Source: the human T2T-CHM13v2.0 reference genome, Homo sapiens
Assembly: GCF_009914755.1 (NCBI RefSeq)
Contig: NC_060939.1
Length of the DNA: 64,000 bases
Direction: 5' to 3' (one strand)
How positions within the stretch are numbered: position 1 is the stretch's first letter; each line of letters opens with the position of its first letter. Below are positions 38,130 through 53,939 of this stretch, one piece after another. A program made the position numbers and the translations under genes. The notes under the pieces are model-generated. The model was not told the origin of the DNA, searched no databases, and saw only the letters and a program-made list of their open reading frames with translations.

Positions 38130-38390
38130 AGGGCACAGAGAGGCAGCATTCATAGTGGGAAGAAGCATAGGGTTTTGGTGTCATCCATCTTGGGTTTGAG
38201 TTCAGATTCCTCTGCCTATTGCCTATATGTCCTTGGGCAATTTTCTTAACCTTCTAGTAATTCAGTTTCTGGACCTATAAAATGGGGATATTACTGCATC
38301 TCATGCTATTCTTATAATAATTAAATAATACCATATATGTAAAGCTTTCAGCGCAGAGTTAGGCATGTTGTAAGCACTCAAAAAATCTTA
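38130..38390 (-). mobile_element. MIRb
   Basis: ccttgggcaattttcttaacc...cagtttct...taaaatgggg...aagcactcaa. Confidence 0.8.
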
Positions 38391-38664
38391 GGGATAATAA
38401 AAGTAGCTTAAGTCCTAAAAATGAAAAAATAACACTTTTGCTTGGCATGAACAACATGTTACATGCACCCTCAGTACTGCAGTTGATGATGGTTCAATGC
38501 CGGTCAATGGTGTTTTCCCTAGGGTCTTTCTGGCAGTGAGCTTATCTTCTGATTTAATGTCAAGGGTGGCACATTGGTAATCCTGAAAGAATGTTACAGG
38601 CTATGGCTGAACAAGTTTTATGAAGGTTAGAGATGAACATTTATACATTCTCCACCTGGTCTAG

Positions 38665-39208
38665 CCCCAGAATGCTCAATTCAAATGCCTACAGGGACCA
38701 GGTAACTGAACTGAGAGGGAGCCAGGGGGCTTCAGAGAATAGGAGGGCACTCACCCCCCAACCCCCGCCATTGGAGGCAGCTGCCATTGACAGGAAACCA
38801 TAGTTGAGGTTTGCCCTGTGGAAATACAAGTCCAATATTGCCAGGTATTGTGATTTTTACAAGGGATGCCAGAAATACTGATTTTCATGGGAAATGTCCT
38901 ACTTTTAAGAACACTCCTGTGGCCACATTTAGCCCTTCCTTCACCCAGGATGGGGATTAGGGTGAGGTAAGTGAGGTGCCCATCTCAGGTGTAAAATTTA
39001 AGGGAGCACCCAAACATTTAGCAATCAAAATAAATAATATCTTAATGCAATACTGTAAAATCAAAATTAAAGCAAAAACTTCATTTTGAAAAAAAATCAA
39101 AATCTTAAAATGAAGATGGAATCAGTATTAGCATTACTTTCTTTTGTCTCAGGCTCCAGTATGGCTCTACCCAGCGCTGCATTCAGCCTCCAGTTTGCAA
39201 CCTCTGAT
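38665..39208. mobile_element. MER102-like hAT element interrupted by a MER96B-like element
   Basis: tcaaatgcctacagggaccagg...ccagtttgcaacctctg; insert 38946-39179 starts caggatggggattagggtgaggtaagtgagg and is flanked by 8-bp ccttcacc/cattcagc. Confidence 0.65.
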
Positions 39209-39669
39209 CTGGAACATACAGGAGCCACTCTACTGTCACAATGAACCAGCTTTGCATTGGATCAATTCAAGGCACAATCAGGATATGGCCTAAAATAAAA
39301 TAGTTGGGTAAATTGTCAATTATTGTTAAGGATATACTAAACTCTATCTTTGTAGAATACAACTTTATTAACATCAACTAAGAAGGAATTAATTAAAAGT
39401 CAGACTTAATCTATTTGTAAATAAACATGGGTGTTGCTTTCCAATACACAGCTATCTAGAAAACATAAGATTAACAAAATGATTTGTGCTGGATGATGAT
39501 TTTTTATGAACAGAAAGGGAGAAGTTTATAAATTGGCAGTAGTGCAAGGGTTCTTTAGTTGGAAAACCTCTGGAAATCATGCAACATTATGAGTGTGTTC
39601 TGTTTCTCACCTTTTATTAGATTCTTGTAAGGGTCCGGGACCTGCGGAAGATCAGAAATTTTTGCAATG

Positions 39670-39890
39670 CAGCATCCAGAGGAGAAAATGGGCTTTGGAG
39701 CCAGCCATACCTGGGTCTGAATCCTTGATGAAGGACCTTGGATAAGTCAATTAATCTCTTCCTTAGTTTTCTTATCTATAAAATTGGACTACCTTACGGG
39801 CTTTTTGTAGAGACCAAAGTTGATGATACATTACGTTATCTCTTATTCTTGCTTTGGAACAGACACTTGGTATATGGCAGTTATTATTAT
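39670..39890 (-). mobile_element. MIR
   Basis: ggctttggagccagccatacctgggtctgaatcc...agttttcttatctataaaattgg. Confidence 0.7.
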
Positions 39891-40004
39891 TATGCAGCAT
39901 ATTCATTGCAAACCATCCCCTGCCAACATTTAAAAAAATGCATGGTTATATTTAAATAACTTAAATATGTCATTTATTTATGCTATTAATTTGCTTAGTT
40001 CATC

Positions 40005-41698
<1,694 letters not shown>

Positions 41699-42770
41699 AA
41701 AAACAATACAAAACTTCTGTTTGGGTACAATTACCACAAGTCCTGGATTTAATGGGGCCCAAATTAGAAAAATTTAACTATATAACAAGGTTTCCTTTTA
41801 AAATTTCTTTTTAAACTAAAAAGAAAAAAAACATAGCATTAAAGCAAAAAAAAAAAAAAAAAAAACTGCATAAATAAATGACTGCAGCCTTATTGCACAT
41901 CTGGGAGGAGAATGACAATGACCAGTCAACAGTACAACTCAATACATGACCAGGGTGCTGTGAGATATGGTCCAGCAGAATTAGCAGTAGAGTTCAACTG
42001 TAGCAGCCAGGTTTTCCAGTGCAATCGTGTTCCCGATGTCCCTGTATATTGTGGATGTTTCTAAGGTGGGCAAAAGCATCGTAACTCAGTAGCTCTGGGT
42101 TCAAATCTTATTCCCACTACAAATCTGTAGAGTGACTCAGGGCAAGTTCAATTAACTTGTCTGAGCCTTGGTTTCACCCACTGTAAATTATTTCCCAGGG
42201 GGCTTTCTACTGGAGCCCTGTCATGTGCATTTAAGAAAAATGTGAAACTTGCATAGGTCTGCTATCCTCTGCAATACATCTTTATTTTATGTTCCTTTTC
42301 CTCCCAACTATTCTTCTAAGAAGCAGCTTGAATTTCTCTTTTAATCAGGAAGCCATTTTTTATCATCAATGAAAGTGTAAAAACTCTATCAGTTAGAACT
42401 GTATATTTATGGCAGGTTCATATGATTGGAACTTAACTCTATTTCATTAATACAGAGAAATGTCCCCCTTTTCACTAATGAAATGCATCCATAATAGAGC
42501 TGTATTTTCAAAGGTATATTATCAGAAATAGCCATATGCAAAATGCCCTTCAGAGTGCATGCAAGTTCCTCACTAGCAGGCTCTCTGTTCTCTCTTGTAT
42601 GCATCCTTGACATAAGTGAAAATTCCTATTTACTGGAGAAGACAATGTTTCAATATAGAGAAGAACAATTTCCAATACTTCTCCATCTGAAAAAAAATTT
42701 CCTGTATTAGTTTCTCACCTTGGTCCGTCCTAAGGGTGTCATAAAATATTTAATTAAAACACTCAATGCA

Positions 42771-43186
42771 TATGTTAGTCTGTTCTTGCATTGTTATGGA
42801 GAAATATCTGAGATGAGTTAATTTATAAAGAAAAGACAATTAACTGGCTCATGGTTCTCCAGACTGTGCAGGAAGCATGGTGCCAGAATCTGCTTCTGGT
42901 GAGGCCTCAGGAAACATACAATCATGGCAGAAGGCAAAGAGGAGCCAGCATCTCACATGGTGAAAGCAGAAGCAAGAGAGAGAGGAGGGGGAAGCCCTAA
43001 ACAACCAGATCTGACGTGAATTAACTTAGGAAGGAAGGACTCGCTCATCACCAAGAGGATGGTGCTAAAGCATTCAAGAGGGATCTGCTCTCATGATCTA
43101 ATCATCTCCTGCCAGGTGCCACCTACAACATTGGGAATCACAACTCCACATGAGATTTGGAGAGGAAAAACATACAAACCACATCA
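42771..43186 (-). mobile_element. MSTB solo LTR
   Basis: tatgttagtctgttcttgcattg...ggaagcatggtgccag...caaaccacatca; TSD atgca/atgcc. Confidence 0.9.
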
Positions 43187-43699
43187 ATGCCACAAATGAC
43201 AATCTTGTTACACCTTGGAGAAGAGCAAAGGATCTGTAAAAGCACTGGAAGCCAGTTAATTTTGAGGCTTCCTGGCCCCCACTGGCAGTGTTCTTTGCCA
43301 TAAGCAAAACGGCAAAGAACTCTGCCATGTTACCAGGCCTGTGATTTGGAGGCATGCAAGGAAATGGTTTTTCAAATATCACACTGTCTGCTGAAGGAGA
43401 CCCTTCCCTTCTTCCTCTTGGCCACATCTGCAAGAAGATTTTGCAGAGACAAACTGTAGAGTGTTAAAAAGAAACCACTGAGCAGATCATGTCCCTGGGG
43501 CTGCTGTCTTAGCTTTACAACATAGAGCCAGCCGGTTTAGCAAGGCAGCGCCAAACCATGAGCACTGAGGCAGAAGACTCCATGGGAGAAGTTGGTTTCT
43601 TCATCTTTCCTTCTCTTCTTTCTCTACCTCTCTCTGTCCCTTCTTTCCTCTCTTCAACCTCCCTCTCCCCTTACTCCCTTACTTCGTTACCTTCTTTTT

Positions 43700-44830
43700 T
43701 CACCCATCTCTTATTTTATTCAAAAAACATTTATTTAGGATTCAATATTGCCAAGTATACCATTAGGCTCTGGGAATACAGAAGTGAAAGCCTGCAGGGA
43801 GCCTCCAGTTTAGTGACAACAGGTCTTCATGTACTAAACAGCCACAGCAATGGGATTCTCTATAAGGGGCACTTTGCTGGCTCCGAGGTGGAGGTAATCA
43901 CATCTGCTTACACGGCTCAGGGAAGGAGGTGACTTTGAAGTGGCTTGTGAAGGAGCATTTATGGGCTTCCCAGGCTGATATGGAGGAGAGGATATTAAAG
44001 ATAGAGGAGGTGATAGGACCACGGCATGGCAGCCTGGCAGCCTAGCAGCCTGCAGGTGGCACTGTGCAGTTGGGCCACACTAAGAGGGTGGTAGAGGGGG
44101 AACCTGAGCATGGAAACAGGAGAGGTTAAAGCTGGACAGGTAAGCCAGAGGGAATGCTGGGGCCACATCAGGGAAGAGTACCCAAACAGGTGGGACAGAT
44201 GGTTAGAGGCCTCACTATGGGTCATACTGTTCTTGGTGCTCAGGATACTGTCCATACTCTCATGAAGCTCATATTATTTGGTGAAAAGATAGACAATAAA
44301 GAAGTAAACAAATATTCTAATCTGTCAGATCCTTATACATGGTATTAAGGAAACAAAACAAAGAAATAACACTGAATAAAATAGAGGGCATTGGTGACAC
44401 TCTCCTTCAGATGGAACAGGCAGGGAAGACTTCTCTAAGGAAGTGACGTGCAAAAGAATATATGCTTTTCAGATTAAGTGCTTTTGAAGTGAGACCTAGA
44501 CATACGTGCTTTTAAAAAGCATCCCGAGATTCTGATGAGCAGGTGGGTGAAGCGGCCTTACCTGAGGCAGTGGGGTAAGAATGTTCACTGGAACATTCAG
44601 CATGGGGCAGGGTGACCTGGCTGGGTACATGTCCTGGAGAGTTAGTACATAAAGAGGCATGCAGGAAGCTGCATGGGATGCAACTTGGAGGCCTTAGACT
44701 GGAGGCAGAGAGGCCGTTAGAAGACGGTGGTGGAGTACTGGCAGGTGGAATCATATCTGTGAGCTTCTGCCTGCAGAGTTGCAAAAGACTTGGAATGAAC
44801 TGGCATCAGAGGAACTTACAAATTAGGAAG
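43700..44830 (-). mobile_element. L2 fragments
   Basis: caaaaacatttatttagg...ctgggaataca; cagggaagacttctctaaggaagtgac; ggaggcagagaggccgttag. Confidence 0.6.
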
Positions 44831-44974
44831 AAAAGATGTGAAGATAAGGACGACAACCGGCTGTGGCCACAAACTCTAAGCCAACCAGCCACCACCTTGG
44901 ACAAGTTTCACAGAATTCCCTTACACGGGAGGTAGAATCCATTTTGGCTCTGCATAAAGCTGCAATGGTCTAAC

Positions 44975-45197
44975 ACAAGTTCCACAAACATCTTCTGTAA
45001 AAGGCCAGATAGAAAATATTTTAGATTTTGCAGGTTACACAGTCTCTGTCACAACTGCTCAACACCACCATTGTAGCTCAAGAGCAACCATAGACAATAT
45101 ATCAGCAAGTCGGCATGACTGTGTTCCAAGAAGACTTTACTTACAAAAATAGGCAGCTGGCTGGTTTGGCTTATGGACGGTAGTTTGTCAACCCTCA
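44975..45197. mobile_element. MER58A (hAT-Charlie)
   Basis: ttctgtaaaaggccagatagaaaatattttag...gtagtttgtcaaccc. Confidence 0.85.
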
Positions 45198-47344
45198 CTT
45201 TAATGTGTCAAGTGGTTCTTTAGATGGTGGCCCTGGGCTCTAATGGAAGGAAGCCAAGGAGTATCTACCTAGGTATGGATACACATTATACAAAATTTGA
45301 CTTTCTTATTTTTACTAAGCAGCAAGTTTAGACTATTTGTTTCCAGCTCTGTGGGTCCTGGTTTTGTGCTTTGTTGGCTGGCAGAATTGTGGTAGGTTAT
45401 ATTCACACAGGACAGTAGAGAAGTAGGAGAGTCCCCCTGTGGAGGTCAGAAGGTCTGCTTTTAAAGTTCATCCCCCTTCCTATGTGCCTTTACCTCTCAG
45501 AGCCTCAGTTTCCTCTTTAATAAATAAAAAGTGTTGGACTAGATGAATTTCAAGGCCCTGCCTGGTACTAATATTCCAATTCTCTGTGCTCTGTACATTT
45601 GCTAGACGGGTAGTGAAATTTGATGAATAGAGGCCCAAAGAGGAAAAGGGAAGAGGCAGAAGTCAACCAGATGAGACGTAATCTGGGTCTAGATGAGGGG
45701 TTTGGCAGTGTGGTTGGAGATGACAGCACACAGATGATAGGGGTTCATCATATGATGTTAAGCACACTGTTAAAATTAAATGAATTAGCAAGAATGTCTA
45801 CGTAAATGGCAATCAGATAGATGCGGCTACCGTGGGATAAGAAACAGTAGAAGATGATATTGAAATCTCAAGTCTGAAAGACAGAGGCCATTGCCATGTT
45901 CAGCTTGGATGAAGGGAGGGGAGTAGATAAATGCAGACCCCCGAGTGGTAGCTTGGAAGTAAATTGTAAAGTCAGGGATGAAGGAGTCTGGCTGGGGATC
46001 TTTTAAATATGGCCACATTTACTACCTCAGGTTGGCCTCTACCACCCCCACCCAATTCCATCTTATGTATGGCTTTCAGATAAATAGTCTCCAACACATA
46101 GCTTTCACCCTGTGTTTGACAGCCCAGGAAACTGTGCCCCCATCACCTAACTCCTTGCAGCAGCATTCTAGATTGGTGATTATTTGGCCCACCTGAAATT
46201 TTAGGTCCTGTGCTTGCCTTAAATCTCTGCAAAGAAGGCTCTTGACATTGCTGAGTGCTCGTCATTTTGCAATATAAGGCTAGAGATGTCTTCTTGGACA
46301 CAGGGAGGGCTTCTAACATGCTGTAAGGCTAGCACTTCACCCCTCTTCCCACAGTTCTCCATCTCATCCCTTGGTCTTAACCTTGGAAGTATTGGAAGCT
46401 TTCTTGGTCCTTCTTACCATTCCTCAGATAGAGTCAAACCAAACCAAAGTTAGGTCACATGTCCTGACTTCAGATAACAGAGGTGTCAGGATGGCAAACG
46501 CTACTATTTGTGAGACAACTCAGTGTGTTAAGGGAGAAGCAGGCTGGGTATGTGAAATGGGGACCTGATAGCCACAGGTTGGAGGCAGCCAGTGCATTGC
46601 CGTGTCTAGGTCTTCAGTGGGAAGCTCTGCCCTTGTTCTCCTAAGCCTGGTAAGTCTGGCTTTTCTAAACAGGCAGTCAGGCTTTTCTAGACAGGCAACC
46701 ACAGACCCTCAGCAAGGCACCACACCAAACTCACCGCTTGTCCCAGACCATGAGACACATTAACTTCCATGAGTCGAGATGAAAATGTCATAAAATATGT
46801 GCTTTGAAAACATTAAATGTGCTAAAATGTATACTAATAAAAACCTCTTTGAGCGCCTATTTAGTTCTTGGCAATGCAAAGAGAATATGAAAGAGTCCAA
46901 GCAATATAATAAAAATTTGGTTAAATGCTCTCATTACTTGGCACAAAATGATTTTAATTGAAATGTTTAGCAGCATTAAATGTTAACAACAACAAAAACA
47001 TATCAGTTTTCATGTTTAGAATTTTCCACAGCATTAGCAGTTTTGTTCTGGGTTTTTTGTTTTGGTTTGTTTTTGCGTTGATGTACGTTGAGGTTTTATT
47101 GTGAGGTCTTCATTGGATTGATGCATGCTGAGTTTTTTATTTTTTATTTATTGTACATAACATTTGCTATTTTAATCATTTTAAGTGTGTAGTTCACTGT
47201 GCATGAGACAGATATGTTTATCTCTTTTATGTTTTGTTCATTATCTAGCCTACGTTATCCTTGGTAATTTTTATTTATTTTGAATAGGTATTCAAAGATA
47301 TTCAAATATTCAGATGTTTGAATGTCATAAAGATACCCATCATT

Positions 47345-48330
47345 AATTAAACTCCTAAAAGTGCACCAGTTACTGTGGTAAGTGTTCGATATGTCTCATC
47401 TCATTTATTCCTTACAGCATTCTGGTAAGGAAAACACCATTTACTTATCCCATTTTATAGATGAGGAAACTGAGGGTCAGAGAGGTTTCATTTTGCTGAT
47501 TCAAAGTCACACTGCTACCAAGAGGAGATACCTGGAGGAAGTTTGTATGCTGAAGAATCTGCGTGTTAAAACAACAATATCCACTGACCCACTGGGCCTG
47601 TATGCCACAGACCAGTCCGCTTTGCTGAAGACACAGGCAATGCATATCCTAAATCTGTGCTTGTGCCTCTCAATTTGGCTGCCGTAAAAAAGCCTGAACA
47701 AATAGAACAGAGCCTGGCTGGATTTTACAATTTGTATTCTATCTCCCCAAAGATGCTGAGGAACTGTCACAAACTCAATAAACCCAGTGATGAAATAGAA
47801 CCATCCTTACTTATTCCAAAAATGGAAACATGCATTTCCTATTTGTATAGAAAGAGAGGTATGAGCATTCATTCATTATTGTGTGGCATTGCAGCTAGAA
47901 CCCAGGCCATGTAATGATACTGACCAAATGAAAATCCTGGCTCACATTCTTCTAGCTACTATTTAGCCTCTTGGGCCTCAATTTTCTAATCTGTACAATG
48001 GAGGTAAGGGTAGTATATAGCTCTTCAGATGACTGTGATGATTAACTTAACTGCTTGGTACACTGCTGAATTTGAAATAGTGACTAGTCATGTATTCAGC
48101 AAATATTTATTGAGTTTGTCCTGTATACCAGGCATAGGGCTGACTTGGCATAGATGATTAAAGTACAGTCTTAGTCCTTTGTACTTTCAAAAGGGTAGAC
48201 ATAGATGAACAACAAATTCTATTAAGGAGGCTATTTTAATGGTGTCTACGAAGTGTCATGGAAGAACAAAGGAGAGGAGAGGGAGTAGGTGGGGACAGGG
48301 GGCAGAGAAGGCTTCAAAGGAGGTGGTGTC
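47345..48330. mobile_element. MIR (47345-47530, 47870-48060) and L2 (48090-48330) fragments
   Basis: cccattttatagatgaggaaactgaggg; ttcagcaaatatttattgag. Confidence 0.7.
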
Positions 48331-51300
48331 TTGCTCTTGGCTAATGGCTGCTGCATTTCTATGCTAGGAAAAACAACCGTGCTGAATATTGTGTCCAATG
48401 TCTTTTATTCTCCTTAACTAAATTGTACACAAACAGAACTTTCCTCCAGAAAAAGAGAGTAAACAAAGCCTTTTGAAGACCAGGAACTGAGGTTAAACAG
48501 AATCCCCCCCGCATTTGGTGGTGTTCCTGTACTGCAGGGAACTCATGGTTCTCTTTGGGGCCTAGAGAGCGGTGGGCTATGAACTTCATCTGACATTCTG
48601 AACTAGTTTCCTGTCAATATGCCCATTGAGTGGAAGCCATTGATCAACCAAGTGAAGCTGCTAAAAATGGATTCCAGCCTGGGAAAAATTCCCTGGGGAG
48701 GCTGTAGATGTCCCGGCCTGGCCTGGCAAGGATGGGTCCTTTGTGACTCAACTGGGTGAGAGCTGAGGGCTGTTCCACCAGTCAAAACCCCAGCCACAAT
48801 AACCTGGCTCTCGGGTCTCAGATACCTAGCACCTACTGCAGGCTGAGGAGAGAGTGGAAGGAAGAAGCAGGTCCCCCTAGTGTGGACTGGGCTGAGATCG
48901 GGTCATCTGCTGAACTCAGCGGCCACACACACCCTAGCTAATTCCAGCGTCTCCAGAAGTGTGAGCGTAATGAGGGGCTGGTGGTGGTTTTGCCGCGTCT
49001 CTGCCCTCCTTTCTTGCTTAGTGGCTCATCACACTTTGATGGAGATGAACAATGAGGGGAGGGGCTAGGGGGCCAGTGGGTTAGACAAAGAAAGAAACTG
49101 TGCCTTGGCCAGATCCACGCCAATTATGTCTGAATAAACGCATCCACAGTGCGAGCTAAAGAGCCTTCCTTCCCTCACCCCACTCCGTTTTATTTATTTT
49201 TATCTTGGTCTGGAAAGTTGGACATATTTCCTGTACCGTCCTGGTACCCAGATGGCCTGTTTGAGTAAGCAGTGGGGAAGAAGGTCAATAATACATCAGC
49301 ATGCAGAGTCTCCGCTAAGGTCAGTCCTGCATAAAATATGCCATGACAACCTGAGGGCAAGTTTAAAATGGTGCTCCACAGTGGGAGTGGGGGTGGGAGT
49401 TGTGGGGGGATGTACAGATGCTGCCTTTGAGCAATTGCTGCAAAAATGACTTCTGCCCCCCAACATCACCCCCCCGCAAAAGTGTAATGTACTGGGTTTG
49501 TATAGTGGGGACGTAGGAAAAGTTTTCTTCAACACAGAAGAGCTCAGGATCCAAAGGAAGAGGTTTTTAAGAGAGTCCATCTTTACATATAAATGCCTGT
49601 TGTGTTAGGGACTTTTTCAAAAAGAGTCAAATCCAATTGCCCCAAACAGGAACACAATGGCTGGCTACTGGAGTGTCTCATATTCCAATCAGTTGAATTT
49701 CTTTTTGTCTCCAGATATGTTTGAATAGGATTTGAGCACTGAGCTAGGCAGTACCTATGAATGTTTAGCTGTTTTACCATTCATATTCTTAAGAGGCCTT
49801 TCTCAATTATATTTGGCTTATGCCCATTTAACTAATAAGGATAAACACAGATAAATATGCCTAGTGTCACTGGAAATTTTATAAAGGTTCTGCTTTTCTC
49901 ATCCTTTTTTAAGATTGAGGGAAAACTCAGCAGCACCCTTTTAATGTAAAAATAGACGAAAAGTCCATTTCAATTTGGGAATTTGTGAATAGTGACACAA
50001 ATATTCTTGAAGATTGATCCAGTTTGAAGCATGTTGTGCATGGGTTTACTGTTCAACTTGCAAGTAATTTGTAAAGCCAGAGTCAGTCTTGACTATGAAA
50101 CATTGTATCACTGTGATTGGAATCAATAGTTCTTGCACTGTCATTTGTCACATATTTACAAGCTTGAAAAATAGTTCATTTTGTCCTCATCCCATAACTC
50201 AAAAGATTGAATCAGAGCCCTGGAGGGATCTGCCAACAGGACACATTCATTACTGATCACCCGCTTTGGTGAGGCTATAATCACAACCACAGCAAAAATA
50301 GAATATAAATAAAAATTAAAGCACTAGTCATTTGGTACACCCTTAAATATTTTCAGTTTCAAGTATTTAAAAGTCTGCTGGGAGACTTCAATCACCTTCA
50401 TGACCTACCTCAGTGACCACAAAGAGAAAATTCACTGAAGCTGATTTTCCCATCATACTATTAAAACATTCAAAGGTATCATTTTTCTAAATGAAGAAAA
50501 ATAAAAATCTAGAGTTAATGGTCCAAAGACTTCATAAAGTATACTTCGTCCAGTCACCTCACATATAGTGCATAAATGACCTTCTATTCCCATGAAAGAT
50601 TTGTAGAACACGTTTAAAGTAAATGCTTTCAATTTTAAGATAAAAGATTTATGAATGATAGAACTTGTGTCTATGAAATCGCTAATACCAACTCTCTAAT
50701 ATTTCACATGAAAAGCTCCATAAAACGAAAAGACTGCCCATAAAGTTGGACTACCCCTGCTGTCAGAGACAATCAGTAACGGAATTGCAAAGCGAATATT
50801 GAAACGGATGTGAGACGTGCATTTTGGGTTACAGTAACATGTTTTAAGTCCTCTCTATTCCACCGCTGTATTGATAAAGTATTAATGGTTAATGTGCTAG
50901 CGGCCAATTCAGTGTCTTTATATAAATCTCCAGATATTAACAGATGACCACGTTGTTCATCAAATTTAGTTACTAAAATAACACCAAATCCTAGCTTGGT
51001 AGCTAGACTTTTTTCAAGCATTTTCCTTGCAGAATTCAACCTATGAGAGATCAATCCATTTATCAAGTCTCAGGCTGAGCCAAACTAAAAACTCCAAACT
51101 GTTCTCCAAATGGTCAGTTGAGTGGCTCTGTATAGATTATGGCCTGAAATTCCTTTTGCCAGAACAAGGCTGAAACTAATGTCATGTAACAGTCATTGCC
51201 TCTCAAACAATCTCTTTAATTTGTACCTTTACATTTAGGTTCTATGACTACCATTTATTATATGAAGTGACCCCATTTCCTCTATCAACATCCTCACTGC

Positions 51301-52369
51301 GAATGGCTGAAATTTAATTAGAAGTCAGGCTGAGGTCGAGGACCTAATCTCTCTTTGTGCTTTGGAAAAGAGATGGGAAGGCAAACCTCATGAAGACAGA
51401 GACCTGAAATTGAATATATGAGCATTCAACAGAGTTCTTGATATCTGCTCATCAGCATATCTCCTTTTAGAAAGAGTAGGTGGTGAATGAGGAGATCTGC
51501 ATCCCTCCCCCTGCAATGCATTGGACTAGGGGTACCTCTAACCTAGAGATGCCCATCCATAAACTAGTCAGCGACCTAGGACTGTATGTCCCGTCTTGAA
51601 AAGATGAGCTGGCTAAATCAGATTTTCTTTCATAAATAGAATGAAAAGTTGCCAGTTGTGGGGGTGGGAGGTTGCTAGAGGTAAAAGCTTTTATAGGAAT
51701 CTGTCTGGGGCAACAATTACTGGCTATGTGCAAGATGAGGCAGCTTATCATCAGAAAAAGAAGAAAGTGTAGCAACCAGGGAGGAGATGTTATGAGAGAA
51801 AGAGAGAGAAGCTGGTTGTGTGAGCAGCCCCAGCTCTGTGCCTTCCGGAAGCACAGTTGTACAGCTTTACTGAGGCCCATGAAACCTCTCTGAAAATGCA
51901 TAAATCTCCCTCTTTGTTTGGAAGTGGTTTGAGTGAACTTTTGCTTTTTGGAAACTCAAAAAACAGAATGAGACGTATTTAATGTTGTGTCCAAGTCAGA
52001 GCTAACCTCTCAAGTTTAGGGGACACTGTGCCATTCATCCCATGCATTACTGACATGGTTCTTTGAGGATCAATGTGTGCTGGAGGTTAGTTATGGTGCA
52101 TATCTTTATAACTCTTAGCCCTAATAGAGAAAACAGGATATTCAAGCACAAACAGTAGAAAAATACCTGCAAAATGAATCAGTAGATGAGCGGAGATAGG
52201 CTAAGAATTATACTAATAACCTAAAAAAGTAATTGGAAGCCTCAAAGATTATACTGATAGAAATACCTTACTTATGTTTTGGGGACAGGTGTGTGGGAAG
52301 ATGGCCAAAAGGAACATGCATTTTGGGCGGATTCTAGGAAAAGAAAACTTTGTCCTTTTGAGGAAAAAA

Positions 52370-52560
52370 GTGTAAGGTAGAGTCAATAAAATATGGGTTT
52401 GAATTTTGATTCTGCCATGTACTGGCTGTGTGACCTTGAACAAGTTACTTGATGTCTCTGAGTCTTAATTGTATTTGTAAAATTATAATAATTATAACTT
52501 TCCTTACAGACTAGTAAGGATTAAATAAGATAATTTGTGCAACAAGGGCATGGAATAAAT
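52370..52560 (-). mobile_element. MIR
   Basis: ggctgtgtgaccttgaacaagttactt...gtctctgagtc. Confidence 0.75.
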
Positions 52561-53939
52561 GAATACTTTTGTCCTTTACTGAGACTGAAGGAAAGGGCTT
52601 AGTATCTTCGTAATTGATGCTTGTTTTGCTGTCAAAAATCTATCAAGAAGCTGACCACATGTGCTACTTAAACAGTGTTTTTATAATACAAGGAAACTCA
52701 AAGAATTTTGTAAGAATCCTCTCTGGCTGATTTCTGAGAGCTGATTTGGTGACAAATGTTAATACATCCATTTTCCTGGCGAGGAAGCAGTTTCTCGAGA
52801 TAAATAAAACTCAAAACTCAAATAACAGTGTCATATTGGAAAATGAGACTATAGAGAATTTGAGGCAAAATGCCAGACTTCCTTAACTTTATTGGAAGGG
52901 CCTGTGATTGTTGCAATAACAACTGATAGACTATTTAATAGTGTGACTGTGAGATCTGATAAAGTATTTGCTCTTTTTGTTTTAGCAGTAAGTTCAAATG
53001 TTCAAGCAACAAACTTCCTATAAGGATATCCATAAATGGCCTTTATTATGCAACTTCAAAACTGTATTTGTGCTTATCTACTTAAAAAGGCATTAGGCTG
53101 TGATAATTAATAACAGTGTAAGCTTATTATGTCCATTTCTGATATTAATCTATGTATGTGTTAATTCCTCCTCTGCCACTGTTAGCAATTCATTTGTGAA
53201 GACAGGTGGAAGATAATTGCTGAATATGTATTTCTTTGTCCTCTGTATCCTAAATTTCATTGTCATGCTTCAAGATCCCAATTGCCCTTGACATTCGTCT
53301 CTGTGCACAAGAAAACATTTTTATTAATAGTTGAAATAATATATATGAGGGGAAACTCATTATTTATTTTGCCTGCTGCCTTTCTAATTTTCCTCATTCT
53401 CCTTGTATAATCTGACTAATTTTTCCTGGTACAAGAAGTCATGGGGCATTAAGAAGAACAAATTCAAATAAATACAAACTAAAGAAGGAAATAAAGGAGG
53501 GCACTCAGCAATAACATATTTATTATTGCCAGATGTGTTTTGATTTGTGGCAGTTATGTGGAGAAACTTAAGAATACTTCCCCAAAGTATGAAGGCAATG
53601 TGACATTGTGAGGCATCAACATATAATAAATGGGGTCAGCTATGCATGGAGATAAGCAACCCTACAAAATAATTGGAAAAAAACTGAACGATAAAGAATT
53701 GAGTTTAGTCCAAGGAACTTTGTTCATCTCAAGAAGGCCAAACCAGAATGTGATTGAATAAAGAAAGGTAGAAAGAGATCAGCTGAATGTTACTGGGTCT
53801 GAAGAAAAGAATGTGTGATTTGAATGAAGGTAGATCACCTGTCTGTACCTAAGAGAGGAGAACCCGGGAATGAAGGTCTTGTAGAATGCTTTCAGCATAG
53901 TGCCCTGGCCAGAGAGTGCTCTGAATGGATTCTCCTTCT

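Noticed and set aside
41815-41870. Poly-A runs (also 62858-62895) as processed-pseudogene tails
   Set aside because: No upstream mRNA-like sequence, properly spaced poly-A signal or TSD found
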